Shown here in pieces: positions 28,966-38,109 of a stretch of DNA of 64,000 bases. Under the pieces are notes generated by a model. That model was not told where the DNA came from and did not search any database. It saw nothing but the letters and a program-made list of their open reading frames with translations. The DNA is from Candidatus Hydrogenedentota bacterium (GTDB taxonomy: Bacteria; Hydrogenedentota; Hydrogenedentia; Hydrogenedentales; SLHB01). The stretch is taken from contig CAXXYE010000001.1 of the NCBI GenBank assembly GCA_963674865.2, forward strand, positions 320,001 to 384,000, read 5' to 3'. A program made the position numbers and the translations under genes. How positions within the stretch are numbered: position 1 is the first letter of the stretch; every line of letters begins with the position of its first letter.

Positions 28966-30384
28966 ATGAGCGAGAAGGACATCCCCGTCAACGACATTAC
29001 TCGGAGGAGATTCATCATGAGCGCCAGCGCAACCGCCGCGGGCATGGCCGCAGGAGGCTGCGCGTCCGTCCCGGCTGATGACGCCGAATCCGCCGCCATC
29101 ACGTGGAGCCGAAGCGTCCCCGTGCGCTACGAGGCCGATGTAGCCGTCATCGGCGGCGGCATCGCCGGTGTCACCGCCGCATGGGCCTCCGCCAACGCCG
29201 GGGCGCGCGTGATCCTCGTCGAACGCTTCGCCGTCACGGGCGGCAATGCAACCACCGGCGGCGTCGCCTCCTTCTGCGGCGAAACCGCAGGCCAGGGCGC
29301 TGCCTTCGACGCCATTCTAGCCGCGCTCGGAGAATGGGATGCCATCGAGTCCTACGCGCCCTATCCAAAGAAGAGCAACCGCAAGTTCGATCACGAGATC
29401 CTCGCCGTTGTCCTCCAGGAACTCCTGCTCAAACAAGGCGTCAAACTCCTTCTTCACACCGACTTTGTCGATGTGCGCGTCAGCGACGCGGGCCAGATCA
29501 CCGAGTGCGTCGTGTGCGGCCCGTCCGGCCCCGAGGCGCTCCGCGCGAAGCAGTTTATCGACGCCACCGGCGAGGCCCTCGTGGCCCACGGAGCCGGATT
29601 CGATACCGTCAAAGGCCGGCCTGAAGACGGACTCCAGCTCCCCATGTCTCTCATGTACTTCATCCGTCACGTCGCCGAAGACGACGCCCGCGCCCAAGTC
29701 CCCGAAGGCTGGTTTGACGCTATCCGCAGCAAGGATGACCTCCCCATGACGAGCGTCTGGCCCGCCGGCCCGCGCGCCAATGCCATCAAGATCAAGATCC
29801 CCATGTTTGACGCCTCCGATACCGAATCCCTCACCGCCGCCGAGATCCGCGCCCGCCGGCGCATGATGGAGGTACTTGACTACCACCAGCGCGTCGAGCA
29901 GCGGCCCTGGCTGCTCGATCACTGCTCACCCCGCATCGGTATCCGCGAAGGACGCCGCATTATCGGCGACTATACGCTTACCGTGGATGACCTCCGGGCG
30001 GGACGCGAATTCGACGACGCCATTGCGCGCGGCGTCTTCTATCTCGACGGCCACAAACCGGATGACGACAAGCGCACCTACATCCTTCCCAAAGACGCGC
30101 TTGCCGTGCCCCCGTACCAGATCCCCTATCGCTGCCTCTTGCCCAAAGACGCCCGCAACCTCCTCGCCGCGGGCCGTTGCCTTTCCGCCGATCAGTTGGC
30201 CTTATCCTCCGCGCGCGTCATGAGCACCTGCGCCATGATGGGCCAGGCCGCCGGACTCGCCGCCGCCATGGCCGTCCAGGCCCAATGCGGCCCACGCGAC
30301 CTCGATCCCCTCGACGTCCGCCGCCGAACCCAATGCCAAGGCGCCCATCTAGACCTCACTCTGCCCACCCCGCCTGAGGCATAG
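28966..30384 (+). CDS. Tat-exported FAD-dependent oxidoreductase (probable lipoprotein)
   Basis: TRRRFI twin-arginine motif with AGG-C, GGGIAG, DATGE, IREGRRIIG, PYQIPYRCL. AGGAGG RBS. Confidence 0.88.
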   Translation: MSEKDIPVNDITRRRFIMSASATAAGMAAGGCASVPADDAESAAITWSRSVPVRYEADVAVIGGGIAGVTAAWASANAGARVILVERFAVTGGNATTGGVASFCGETAGQGAAFDAILAALGEWDAIESYAPYPKKSNRKFDHEILAVVLQELLLKQGVKLLLHTDFVDVRVSDAGQITECVVCGPSGPEALRAKQFIDATGEALVAHGAGFDTVKGRPEDGLQLPMSLMYFIRHVAEDDARAQVPEGWFDAIRSKDDLPMTSVWPAGPRANAIKIKIPMFDASDTESLTAAEIRARRRMMEVLDYHQRVEQRPWLLDHCSPRIGIREGRRIIGDYTLTVDDLRAGREFDDAIARGVFYLDGHKPDDDKRTYILPKDALAVPPYQIPYRCLLPKDARNLLAAGRCLSADQLALSSARVMSTCAMMGQAAGLAAAMAVQAQCGPRDLDPLDVRRRTQCQGAHLDLTLPTPPEA

Positions 30385-30482
30385 GCGCTGTCTTTACGAT
30401 ACGAGGTGTTTTCACGAGGCACGGGGAAGCCGGGGCGCTCACGCCAAGCCGCGAGGACGCAAAGAGACCACGATGGCAGTAG

Positions 30483-30561
30483 TGAACCATCTTTCGCCTG
30501 AGCGGAGCGAACGGGGAGTAGTCTTCATTCCTGCCACGGATGAACTTAGATGAACACTGAT
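30483..30561 (+). repeat. Dispersed 79-bp intergenic repeat (copy A)
   Basis: 69/79 identical by manual alignment to the reverse complement of 53802-53880. Confidence 0.85.
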
Positions 30562-30706
30562 GCGCAGGGGAAAAGGGGCTTTTCTGCGGTTTCTTGTGTT
30601 CATTGTGGCCATTACGAACATATGGTTCGTCGATTCTCTTGTTTGCTGGGCGTCTTGGCGTGAGATGCGTTCAACTGGGGATCTTCGATGCCTTTTCCCG
30701 TTCGGT

Positions 30707-30735
30707 TTGACATGGCTTTCGGCTGCTGGTAGAGT
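30707..30735 (+). promoter_or_regulatory. Sigma70-type promoter of the pyrR-pyrB-pyrC operon
   Basis: TTGACA-N17-TAGAGT with TG extension. Confidence 0.7.
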
Positions 30736-30790
30736 ACGACTCACTACGTTGAAACGAGCGGAATACAATGAGCGAGTTATGCGCCGAATC

Positions 30791-30823
30791 GCCCTTCTCA
30801 TGTACGTGAGAGGGGCTTTTTTT
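30791..30823 (+). terminator. Intrinsic terminator (attenuator) in the pyrR leader
   Basis: GCCCTTCTCA-tgtacg-TGAGAGGGGC followed by 7 T, ending 11 nt before the pyrR ATG. Confidence 0.8.
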
Positions 30824-30834
30824 GAGGGATAATA

Positions 30835-31428
30835 ATGGCCGATTCGGATGCGCAAAGCCCCGAGCAGACGGTGATTATGGATGAGGACGCGGTAGGCGCC
30901 GCCATCCACCGGTTGGCTCAGGAGATCGCCGCGGATAACCCGGACATCGATTCAGTGGTTCTCCTGGGGATTCTGCGCCGAGGAAGGCCCCTGGCGGAGC
31001 GGATCGCCTTGGAAGTGAAGGCGATGTCGGGCACGCATCCTCGTGTCGGCTCGCTGGCCACGACGCTCTATCGCGACGATCTCCGCGCGGGCGTGCGGCC
31101 CGCCAAGGCGGGCGGGGGCGAGACGCATTTCGATTTCAACGTGGATGGCGTGACGGTGGTCCTCGTGGACGATGTGGTCTCCACGGGACGTACGGTGCGC
31201 GCGGCGCTCGATGAGGTCATGGACTACGGCCGGCCGAGGCGGATTCAACTGGCCTGCCTTATTGATCGAGGCCTGCGTGAGTTGCCCATTCAGGCGGACT
31301 ATCTGGGCTGGTCGCTGAGTACGGCTCCAGAGGATCACGTGGCTGTCAAGTTGCGCGAGACGGATGGCGAGGACTTGGTTGTCATCGAGCGTGTCGGACG
31401 GGAATCGGCGGAGAATGATGGGGGCTGA
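30835..31428 (+). CDS. pyrR: Bifunctional pyr operon regulator/uracil phosphoribosyltransferase PyrR
   Basis: LGILRRG, TLYRDDL, VLVDDVVSTGRTVRAALD, DRGLRELPIQADY. Confidence 0.95.
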   Translation: MADSDAQSPEQTVIMDEDAVGAAIHRLAQEIAADNPDIDSVVLLGILRRGRPLAERIALEVKAMSGTHPRVGSLATTLYRDDLRAGVRPAKAGGGETHFDFNVDGVTVVLVDDVVSTGRTVRAALDEVMDYGRPRRIQLACLIDRGLRELPIQADYLGWSLSTAPEDHVAVKLRETDGEDLVVIERVGRESAENDGG

Positions 31429-31434
31429 GAACTT

Positions 31435-32424
31435 ATGACGGAAACGGCGGGCACGGCCTGGACGCGTAAGGACCTCGTGGGACTGGAAGACCTGACGCGC
31501 GAGGAGATCGAATTGATCTTGGACACGGCCCCGCAATTTGTCGCCGTTTCCGCCCGCGAAAGCGGCATAAAGAAGGTGCCCCTGCTCCAAGGCCGCCTGG
31601 TGGTTAACCTCTTTTTCGAGCCGAGCACGCGGACGCGGCTCTCCTTCGAACTCGCCGCGAAGCGGCTCAGCGCCGATAGCATGAGCGTGTCCGCTTCCAC
31701 TTCGAGCGTCGTCAAAGGTGAGACCCTTCATGACACGCTCGATAATATCGAAGCTATGCACAGCGATATCGTGGTGATCCGCCACGGATACGCCGGTGCG
31801 GCCCGGATACTTGCCGAACGTCACAGTTCCCACATCATTAACGCCGGCGACGGGCGGCATGAGCATCCCACGCAGGCCTTGCTCGACGCATTCACCATGC
31901 GCGAATGGGTTCGCAACACGCGCCAAGAGCCGGAGGCCGGATTGGACGGGCTCCGGGTAGCCATCATCGGCGACATCACCCACAGCCGCGTCGCGCGCAG
32001 CAATGCATGGGGGCTGACGAAACTCGGGGCCAGTGTCGTGCTATGCGGGCCAAGGACGCTGCTGCCGCCAAATATCGACGGCATGGGCGTCGATGTCACG
32101 TCGAATTTGGCCGAGGCCATTCACGATGCCGATGTCGTTTACGCCCTGCGAATCCAACTGGAGCGCCAGAGCCGCTGTCTATTTCCGAGCATTCGGGAGT
32201 ACATCCGGCTATTCCGCGTCGATGCCGACTCCCTGAAGGCGGCGCCGCCGCATGCCCTCATCATGCACCCGGGCCCTATCAACCGGGACATCGAGCTTGC
32301 GGCGGAGGTGGCCGACGGGCCGCGCAGCGTGATCTTGCGCCAGGTGACGAACGGCGTGGCGGTGCGGATGGCGATCATGCACGTGCTGGTGAACCGGCCC
32401 AAGCCGAATCGAGATGAGTCCTGA
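31435..32424 (+). CDS. pyrB: Aspartate carbamoyltransferase catalytic subunit
   Basis: FFEPSTRT, KGETL, HEHPTQALLD, HPGPINR. Confidence 0.97.
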   Translation: MTETAGTAWTRKDLVGLEDLTREEIELILDTAPQFVAVSARESGIKKVPLLQGRLVVNLFFEPSTRTRLSFELAAKRLSADSMSVSASTSSVVKGETLHDTLDNIEAMHSDIVVIRHGYAGAARILAERHSSHIINAGDGRHEHPTQALLDAFTMREWVRNTRQEPEAGLDGLRVAIIGDITHSRVARSNAWGLTKLGASVVLCGPRTLLPPNIDGMGVDVTSNLAEAIHDADVVYALRIQLERQSRCLFPSIREYIRLFRVDADSLKAAPPHALIMHPGPINRDIELAAEVADGPRSVILRQVTNGVAVRMAIMHVLVNRPKPNRDES

Positions 32425-32440
32425 GAGGAGGTGCGCGGGA

Positions 32441-33709
32441 ATGAGCTTGTGCATTGTGAACGGCCACCTGATAGGCCCCGTCTCGGGGATTTCCGCGTCG
32501 ATGGACGTTCTTATCGAAGGTGACAAGATCGCGCGCATCGGCGCCGGCCTCAGCGGAGATGAAGTCATCGACGCCGCGGGTTGCGTCGTTTGCCCGGGCC
32601 TGGTGGATCTGCACGTCCACTTCCGCGAGCCCGGCTTCGAATCGAAGGAAACCATCGCCACGGGTAGCCGCGCCGCCGCCCGCGGGGGCTTCACATCGGT
32701 GGTGACGATGCCCAACACGGCCCCGCCCATCGACAATGCGGGCATGATCGAGTTCATCCTGCGCCGCGCGCGAGAGACGGCGTGCATCAAGATCTGGCCT
32801 GCCGCCTGCGCCACCAAGCAGCGCGCCGGAGAAGAGATCACGGAGATGGGCGAACTCAAGGCCGTCGGCGCCGCCGCTGTCACGGATGATGGCGATGACA
32901 TCGCCAGCGGCTGGGTGATGCGCCGGGTGCTGGAATACGCGGATATGTGCGGCCTCACCTACCTCGCCCACTGCGAGGACAAGTCGCTCATCGAAGACGG
33001 CGCTATGAACGAAGGCTACAACTCGACGCGCCTGGGCTTGCCCGGCATACCGAAGGCCGTCGAAGAGATGCGAATTGATCGGAACATCCGCCTGGCGCGG
33101 CTTGCGAATGCGAAGATCCATATCCAGCACGTGACCTCGGCGGGAGGGCTGGCCATCATCCGTGAGGCCAAAGAGGCGGGCCTTCGCGTCACGTGCGAGA
33201 CATGCCCGCACTACTGGACGCTGACGGATGAAGCCGTAACGACCTTTTCCACCAACGCCAAGATGAACCCGCCCTTGCGGGAGCCCGAAGACGTGGCCGC
33301 CATCAAGCAGGGGCTGGCCGACGGCACCATCGACTGCGTCGCTACGGACCACGCCCCGCACACGTTCACCGAGAAGGACGTGGAATTCCAACTCGCCCCC
33401 TTCGGCGTGGTGGGCCTCGAGACGGCGCTCGCGCTTGTCATCACCGAACTTGTTGAGCCTGGCCTGATCTCACTCGAACGGGCCGTCGAGCTGATGACGA
33501 GCGCGCCGGCCAACATCCTCGGTTTGCCCGTGGGGCAATTGGCCGAAGGCGGCCCGGCCGACGTGCTTATCTTCGATCCGAAGGCGGAGTGGACGGTTGA
33601 GCCGCATGAGTTCGCATCGCAGGGCCGAAACACGCCCTTTGCGGGCCGCACCCTCCGTGGGCTCGTGAAGACTACGATCTGCGACGGCCAGGTTGTCTAC
33701 CCCTGGTAG
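32441..33709 (+). CDS. pyrC: Dihydroorotase
   Basis: DLHVHFREPG, MPNT, HCED, KMNPPLR, ATDHAPH. Follows pyrB, AGGAGG RBS. Confidence 0.96.
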   Translation: MSLCIVNGHLIGPVSGISASMDVLIEGDKIARIGAGLSGDEVIDAAGCVVCPGLVDLHVHFREPGFESKETIATGSRAAARGGFTSVVTMPNTAPPIDNAGMIEFILRRARETACIKIWPAACATKQRAGEEITEMGELKAVGAAAVTDDGDDIASGWVMRRVLEYADMCGLTYLAHCEDKSLIEDGAMNEGYNSTRLGLPGIPKAVEEMRIDRNIRLARLANAKIHIQHVTSAGGLAIIREAKEAGLRVTCETCPHYWTLTDEAVTTFSTNAKMNPPLREPEDVAAIKQGLADGTIDCVATDHAPHTFTEKDVEFQLAPFGVVGLETALALVITELVEPGLISLERAVELMTSAPANILGLPVGQLAEGGPADVLIFDPKAEWTVEPHEFASQGRNTPFAGRTLRGLVKTTICDGQVVYPW

Positions 33710-33885
33710 ACGTAAGTCTCACGTTGTTTTGTAACGCAGCAAGCCCGGTTTCATTGGCCTGCGCGAGCGAGGTGAGGACTTGCGGCTCTCTTCTGAGCAT
33801 GTGAATGAATGCGGGAGGAAAAGGGGACATGTTCCAAGCATCGTCCCCCAGCGCGACTACATGGCCCCTTTCCGCGCACGGAACG

Positions 33886-34203
33886 CTAGTGTCCTGACTC
33901 ATAACTGACGTTGCTTATCTGCAGATGAAAAGGCGCCAAGAAAAAGCGAAAAACCGGGACTGACACAAGCGGAGCAAAGCGAAGACGTGTCTGTGGGGCT
34001 GTTGAAAATGTCGCATTCGCTCCAGAGGTTAAGCGAAAGACCGGGACTGTCCCAAGCGGAGTCCGCCATGGGCGGACGCAGACGGGACTGTCCCAGGTCC
34101 CTTCGCGGCCTGCGTGAAGCAACTCCGGATTCTTTCAACGGCTCCTCTGTCCCTGCTTTTCGCGGCAAGAATAAGACGCCATCAGCGTGAGTCACACCAC
34201 TAG
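33886..34203. mobile_element. Putative outer MITE with CTAG ends and degenerate terminal inverted repeats
   Basis: Left CTAGTGTCCTGACTCA versus reverse complement of right end CTAGTGGTGTGACTCA (13/16), with weaker pairing further in. No transposase inside. Confidence 0.55.
33995..34145. mobile_element. Inner 151-bp MITE with 13-bp TIRs and 5-bp target-site duplication TCTGT
   Basis: GGGGCTGTTGAAA ... TTTCAACGGCTCC (11/13), flanked by TCTGT at 33990-33994 and 34146-34150. An empty-site homologue lies at 48672-48730. Confidence 0.8.
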
Positions 34204-34242
34204 GCCATCGTCCCGAATGCAGTGAATTGCCGTCTGCGTCTG

Positions 34243-34485
34243 TTAAGTTAGAGCGCCCGCGACGGCCGCGTACAGCGTGTCGGGGGCGAGGTCGGCCCCG
34301 TTTGGCCAACACACCGCACCGAACTCGTCAATCGCCACCTGCTGGAATGCTTCGGGATCCTTGAGCGGCTCGAACATGGGGCCAAACAGACGTTTTGTGA
34401 GATCCACTTCTCCCTGTACGCCGTCGGCAAACGCCACCCGTAGACGATAACCGGCAAGTGGTTCAACGGAAACAAGCCGCCACAT
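34243..34485 (-). CDS. DUF2442 protein (putative antitoxin)
   Basis: YRLRVAFADG..GEVDL ... WPNGADLAPDTLY pattern. Lies directly downstream of the DUF4160 gene. Confidence 0.88.
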   Translation of the reverse strand: MWRLVSVEPLAGYRLRVAFADGVQGEVDLTKRLFGPMFEPLKDPEAFQQVAIDEFGAVCWPNGADLAPDTLYAAVAGALT

Positions 34486-34508
34486 GATCTGATCCTCCCT
34501 TATGTCCC

Positions 34509-34769
34509 CTAGACAAGAGGCTTGATCGCCTTGAGGGGCATGTGTTGCTCAGTGCGGTGCCAGTCCTCGTCCAGTTCAGTTCGGTGCTCCACGGCCCACT
34601 CCAATACCAATGCCAGTGCGCGCCGCGGCAAACGGCCCTCCATCACGGCCAGAGTCTCAATGGCGATTGACGCTTCATCGTCTCCGTAATACGCATGAAA
34701 GTGCGGCGGGCCATGATCGTCGTAGTACATCCGGATGGCTATGCCGAAAAACACGCTTATGGTGGGCAT
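34509..34769 (-). CDS. DUF4160 protein (putative HicA-like toxin)
   Basis: MPTISVFFGIAIRMYYDDHGPPHFHAYY...VLEWA..H..EL...W. Confidence 0.9.
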   Translation of the reverse strand: MPTISVFFGIAIRMYYDDHGPPHFHAYYGDDEASIAIETLAVMEGRLPRRALALVLEWAVEHRTELDEDWHRTEQHMPLKAIKPLV

Positions 34770-34846
34770 TGTCCATGGCCTCCAGTAGGCTAGGCCTTCT
34801 CACGAAGTGCTTCACTCTCTCATTCTAGCGTAAGGTAGCGGGCTGC

Positions 34847-35869
34847 TCAAAGGATCAGCATCGCGTCGCCGTAGGAATAGAAGCGGAAGCGCTCCTGGAC
34901 GGCGAAGCGGTAGGCGTTCATGATCAAGTCCGTCCCGCCGAACGCGCATACCAGCGCCAGCAGACTCGAACGCGGCAGGTGGAAATTCGTGAGGAGTGCG
35001 TCGACTGCCTGGAACTCGTAGGGGGGGTAGATGTAGCAGTTCGTAATTCCCTGTCCGCTCTGGAAAGCACCCCCCTGGAACTGCGTTTCGAGGACACGGG
35101 TAGAGGTGGTTCCGACGGCAATGATGCGTCCGTCACTGGCGCGCGTTTCATTGAGCAGGGACGCCGCGGCGGGGGAGACCTCAAAATCCTCGGCGTCTAG
35201 TTGATGCTCCTCCAGGCGTTCGGCCTGGATGGGCCTGAAGGTGCCGTAGCCCACGTGCAGGGTGAGCGTTGTTCGCCGAATGCCCGCGTGCTCCAAGCTC
35301 GCGAATACCTCGTCCGTGAAATGGAGCCCCGCGGTGGGGGCGGCGACGGCTCCGGGTGTGCGGGCGTACACCGTCTGGTACCGCTCGGCGTCGTATTCAT
35401 CCGGCCTCTCGCGCCGGATGTAGGGGGGAAGGGGAACTTCGCCCGCCTGTTCGAGCACATCAAGCACATCGGCGCGATCAAAGGCGACGCGCCTGCGCCC
35501 GTTGGGCAACACTTCTCCCACCGTAGCGGCCAAGTCGCACGGGAGCAGGACGGAGGCCCCCGGCTTCACCCGCGCGGACGGATTGACGAGAGCCTCCCAC
35601 GTCTCCGGCCCGTCCTGATGAAGCAAGAAGATCTCAACCCTTCCCCCTGTGGCCTTGCGCCCGCGAAGGCGAGCCCGGATGACGCGCGTATCGTTGAGTA
35701 CGAGACAATCGCCGCGACGCAGCCATCGCGCAACATCGCGGAACACCTCCACGTGCCGCGCTCCGGTGGCCCGGTCGAGCACCAGCAACCTTGACACGTC
35801 GCGCGTCTCGGCGGGACGCTGGGCGATAAGTTCCGCGGGCAGCTCGTAATGCAGTTCAGATGTCTTCAT
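34847..35869 (-). CDS. queA: S-adenosylmethionine:tRNA ribosyltransferase-isomerase
   Basis: LPAELIAQRP, PLPPYI, YQTVYA, AAPTAGLHF, LTNFHLPRSSL, RFYSYGDAMLI. Confidence 0.98.
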   Translation of the reverse strand: MKTSELHYELPAELIAQRPAETRDVSRLLVLDRATGARHVEVFRDVARWLRRGDCLVLNDTRVIRARLRGRKATGGRVEIFLLHQDGPETWEALVNPSARVKPGASVLLPCDLAATVGEVLPNGRRRVAFDRADVLDVLEQAGEVPLPPYIRRERPDEYDAERYQTVYARTPGAVAAPTAGLHFTDEVFASLEHAGIRRTTLTLHVGYGTFRPIQAERLEEHQLDAEDFEVSPAAASLLNETRASDGRIIAVGTTSTRVLETQFQGGAFQSGQGITNCYIYPPYEFQAVDALLTNFHLPRSSLLALVCAFGGTDLIMNAYRFAVQERFRFYSYGDAMLIL

Positions 35870-35939
35870 TGGGATGGCGTGCGCCTTCTTGTGGGCGGGC
35901 GACTGCCGCCCCGGGTAGGGGACGCCGCTCCATCGCGCG

Positions 35940-36674
35940 TCAAAAGGCGTCGCTGGGCCGGCTCATCGGGGCCCACGTGAAAAGGACGGCTGGCTGGACG
36001 TACTTGCGAATGACCAACTCGTCGCCCTGATCCAAGTTGAAGTAATCGGGGCAGTTGTCGAACGCCAGCACGGCCGGCCCCCGCGTGATCCGCGCCCGAA
36101 CGGTGATGTGGTCGGGGATCACGTGATGATTCGTGTGCTGCGCGGTGTATTTGAAGGCGATTCCCATGCCCTCAAAGAAGACGCCCCGCGTGATCTGGTT
36201 GTAATAGGCCGTGCTGCCGAAGGGCGTACAGACGACAAACCCATCGCCGATGATCTCGGCGCCGTCCTCGTATGGCTCGTCGTCAAGCCACAGCATGAAG
36301 CGGACGGCGGCGTTGATGCGGCCGTTATGGAGATTGAATTCATTCATGGCCGTCAGATAGCACATCGCCTCATCGTGCCCGCTCTGATACACCGCGCATT
36401 CGAGCTTCCCGTACTCGGTGCGGCAAAGCTCATCGTGGGCGAGCCGGGCGATTACGGCCTCGGGGGGATGGGGGATACACCGCTCGCCTCGGCGGCTGTT
36501 CTTTATCGGCACCTTGGGTATGCCCGGCCAGCGCAGTTCAGCCGACAGGAGCGTCCCGTCGCCGCCATAGCAGACGATGACGTCCGGGCGCGACTGCACC
36601 AGCGTCAACTCCGGGTGTTTTTCGATCTCGGGACGAAGGTCGTCGGCTTGCGCCCCGAATAGCAGTGTCTTCAT
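35940..36674 (-). CDS. nadK: NAD(+)/NADH kinase (short form)
   Basis: GGDGT, NE motif, GDGFVVCTPFGSTAY. Confidence 0.82.
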   Translation of the reverse strand: MKTLLFGAQADDLRPEIEKHPELTLVQSRPDVIVCYGGDGTLLSAELRWPGIPKVPIKNSRRGERCIPHPPEAVIARLAHDELCRTEYGKLECAVYQSGHDEAMCYLTAMNEFNLHNGRINAAVRFMLWLDDEPYEDGAEIIGDGFVVCTPFGSTAYYNQITRGVFFEGMGIAFKYTAQHTNHHVIPDHITVRARITRGPAVLAFDNCPDYFNLDQGDELVIRKYVQPAVLFTWAPMSRPSDAF

Positions 36675-36778
36675 GTGGATAAGTGTACACGCTTCCCGGT
36701 TGGATTGAAACCCCTGCGCAGGCCGGAGGTTACGGGATTCGAGCCGGAGAACGACGCATGAGAGCCGCTAGCCTAACG

Positions 36779-37431
36779 TTGGGAGACCCCCCGGCTGTGC
36801 CGGGGAGGCAGCCGAAGTTTGACAGTTCCAGGAGTCCATCGACGAAACTCCTAGGCGTGAGCCGCTCAAGCACACGCAAAGGAGTTCATCGATGGACGAT
36901 TACCAGAGTCTAAGTCACACGAAATGGGAGTGCAAATACCATGTGGTGTTTATCCCGAAAGGCCGGCGGAAGACGCTGTATAAGGCGCTGCGGGAGCACC
37001 TGGGTGAGGTGTTTCGGGAACTTGCGTTGAGAAAGGAGAGCCGGGTTGAGGAAGGTCACCTGATGCCCGACCATGTGCACATGATGCTGACGATTCCCCC
37101 GAAGTACGCCGTATCGCAGGTGGTGGGCTACCTCAAAGGGAAGAGCGCGATTCACATTGCTCGGGTCTATAGTGAGCGCAAGCGCAACTTCGTGGGGCAG
37201 CACTTCTGGGCACGGGGCTACTTCGTTTCTACCTTGGGCCGAGACGAGGAGGTGATACGGGACTACATCAGGCGGCAGGAGCAGGAAGACCGCCGCCTGG
37301 ACCAGATGGATATGCTACGCTGACAGCCACCCGATAAGGGTGGCCCCAACGCGCGAGCGCGCTAGCGCCCAGCGCAGCCGCTTTGAGCGGCTCACACGGT
37401 AAAGCCCCCGGCTCTGCCGGGGGATACTTAC
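36779..37431 (+). mobile_element. IS200/IS605-family element (TnpA only); ends approximate
   Basis: Near-identical subterminal hairpins CCCCGGC-TGT-GCCGGGG (about 36789) and CCCCCGGC-TCT-GCCGGGGG (about 37405) flank tnpA. Confidence 0.88.
36892..37323 (+). CDS. tnpA: IS200-family Y1 HUH transposase
   Basis: YHVVFIPK, DHVHM (HUH), LKGKS, FWARGYFVST, catalytic YIRRQ. Confidence 0.96.
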   Translation: MDDYQSLSHTKWECKYHVVFIPKGRRKTLYKALREHLGEVFRELALRKESRVEEGHLMPDHVHMMLTIPPKYAVSQVVGYLKGKSAIHIARVYSERKRNFVGQHFWARGYFVSTLGRDEEVIRDYIRRQEQEDRRLDQMDMLR

Positions 37432-37438
37432 ATGAGAT

Positions 37439-37801
37439 TCATTCTTCAGCGGAAGCGTCGGCGAGATCGTGTTCGACAAACGCCTTGACGGCCTCATGAT
37501 CTTCATCGCTCATCTTCGTATAGAGGATGGCGACCTTGAAGTGATCATCGCCCTTTTCGTGAGGCTCACACCGGACAACGATCCCTTCGCACTCGACGCG
37601 TCTCCCGCTGGGCGGGGGAAGTTCCAGGGCAATGCTCATTTTCGTCATGAGGGGAATAGGTTTTACCGTATGGCACAAAACGCCGTTGGCGCTGATATTG
37701 TCCACATGGTTAAGAACACCCGGGGCGGAATCGTCTGTAATAACGGGAAAACCCCGCCGACTTCGCGGATACCGCCGGCGCTCTTCGCCGGAGTGCTGCA
37801 T
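37439..37801 (-). CDS. Stand-alone PilZ-domain protein (predicted c-di-GMP binding)
   Basis: RRRYPR (RxxxR) and NISANG (D/NxSxxG) motifs. GAGGAGG RBS before MQHSG. Confidence 0.85.
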   Translation of the reverse strand: MQHSGEERRRYPRSRRGFPVITDDSAPGVLNHVDNISANGVLCHTVKPIPLMTKMSIALELPPPSGRRVECEGIVVRCEPHEKGDDHFKVAILYTKMSDEDHEAVKAFVEHDLADASAEE

Positions 37802-38109
37802 TTCCCTGTCCTCCTCGCGCATTGCCCACCGCCACGCCCCCAAGGGACGGTAACTATGGTATCCCACACCCCGCCGTGAATGCAATCGTTCCGCATCCGA
37901 GGAATGGGCACGTAACCACACTCTTGCGGTTCTTGGTGCGCCTGTGCGCGTGATGCCTTGTCCATTCGCCAGATTGCCGTGTTCTAGCGCTCGTGACGCA
38001 CTCGGCTTGCCCTGCCTCCTTTGATCCGGCCAAGCCATTCCCTTTACAGTGTGCCTGAAGAAGGCAAAGACCTGATGGCGGTGAAGAGACATTCGAGGGC
38101 GAGAGGGGC

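Noticed and set aside
30439..30909. ORFs of 156 aa (-) and 90 aa (+) in the pyrR upstream region, considered as leader peptides
   Set aside because: They overlap a repeat, the promoter and the terminator, have atypical composition, and the + ORF starts upstream of the promoter.
33886..34203. Possible CRISPR array suggested by repeated GGGACTG units
   Set aside because: There is no regular repeat-spacer period and no cas genes. Nested palindromes and MITEs explain it better.
36721..36745. Reverse complement resembles a tRNA T-arm/3' end (GGCTCGAATCCC...)
   Set aside because: No cloverleaf or D/anticodon arms, and the T-loop is non-canonical.
37802..38092. N-terminal extension of the PilZ ORF
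   Set aside because: No domain-like features. A strong RBS supports the start at 37801.
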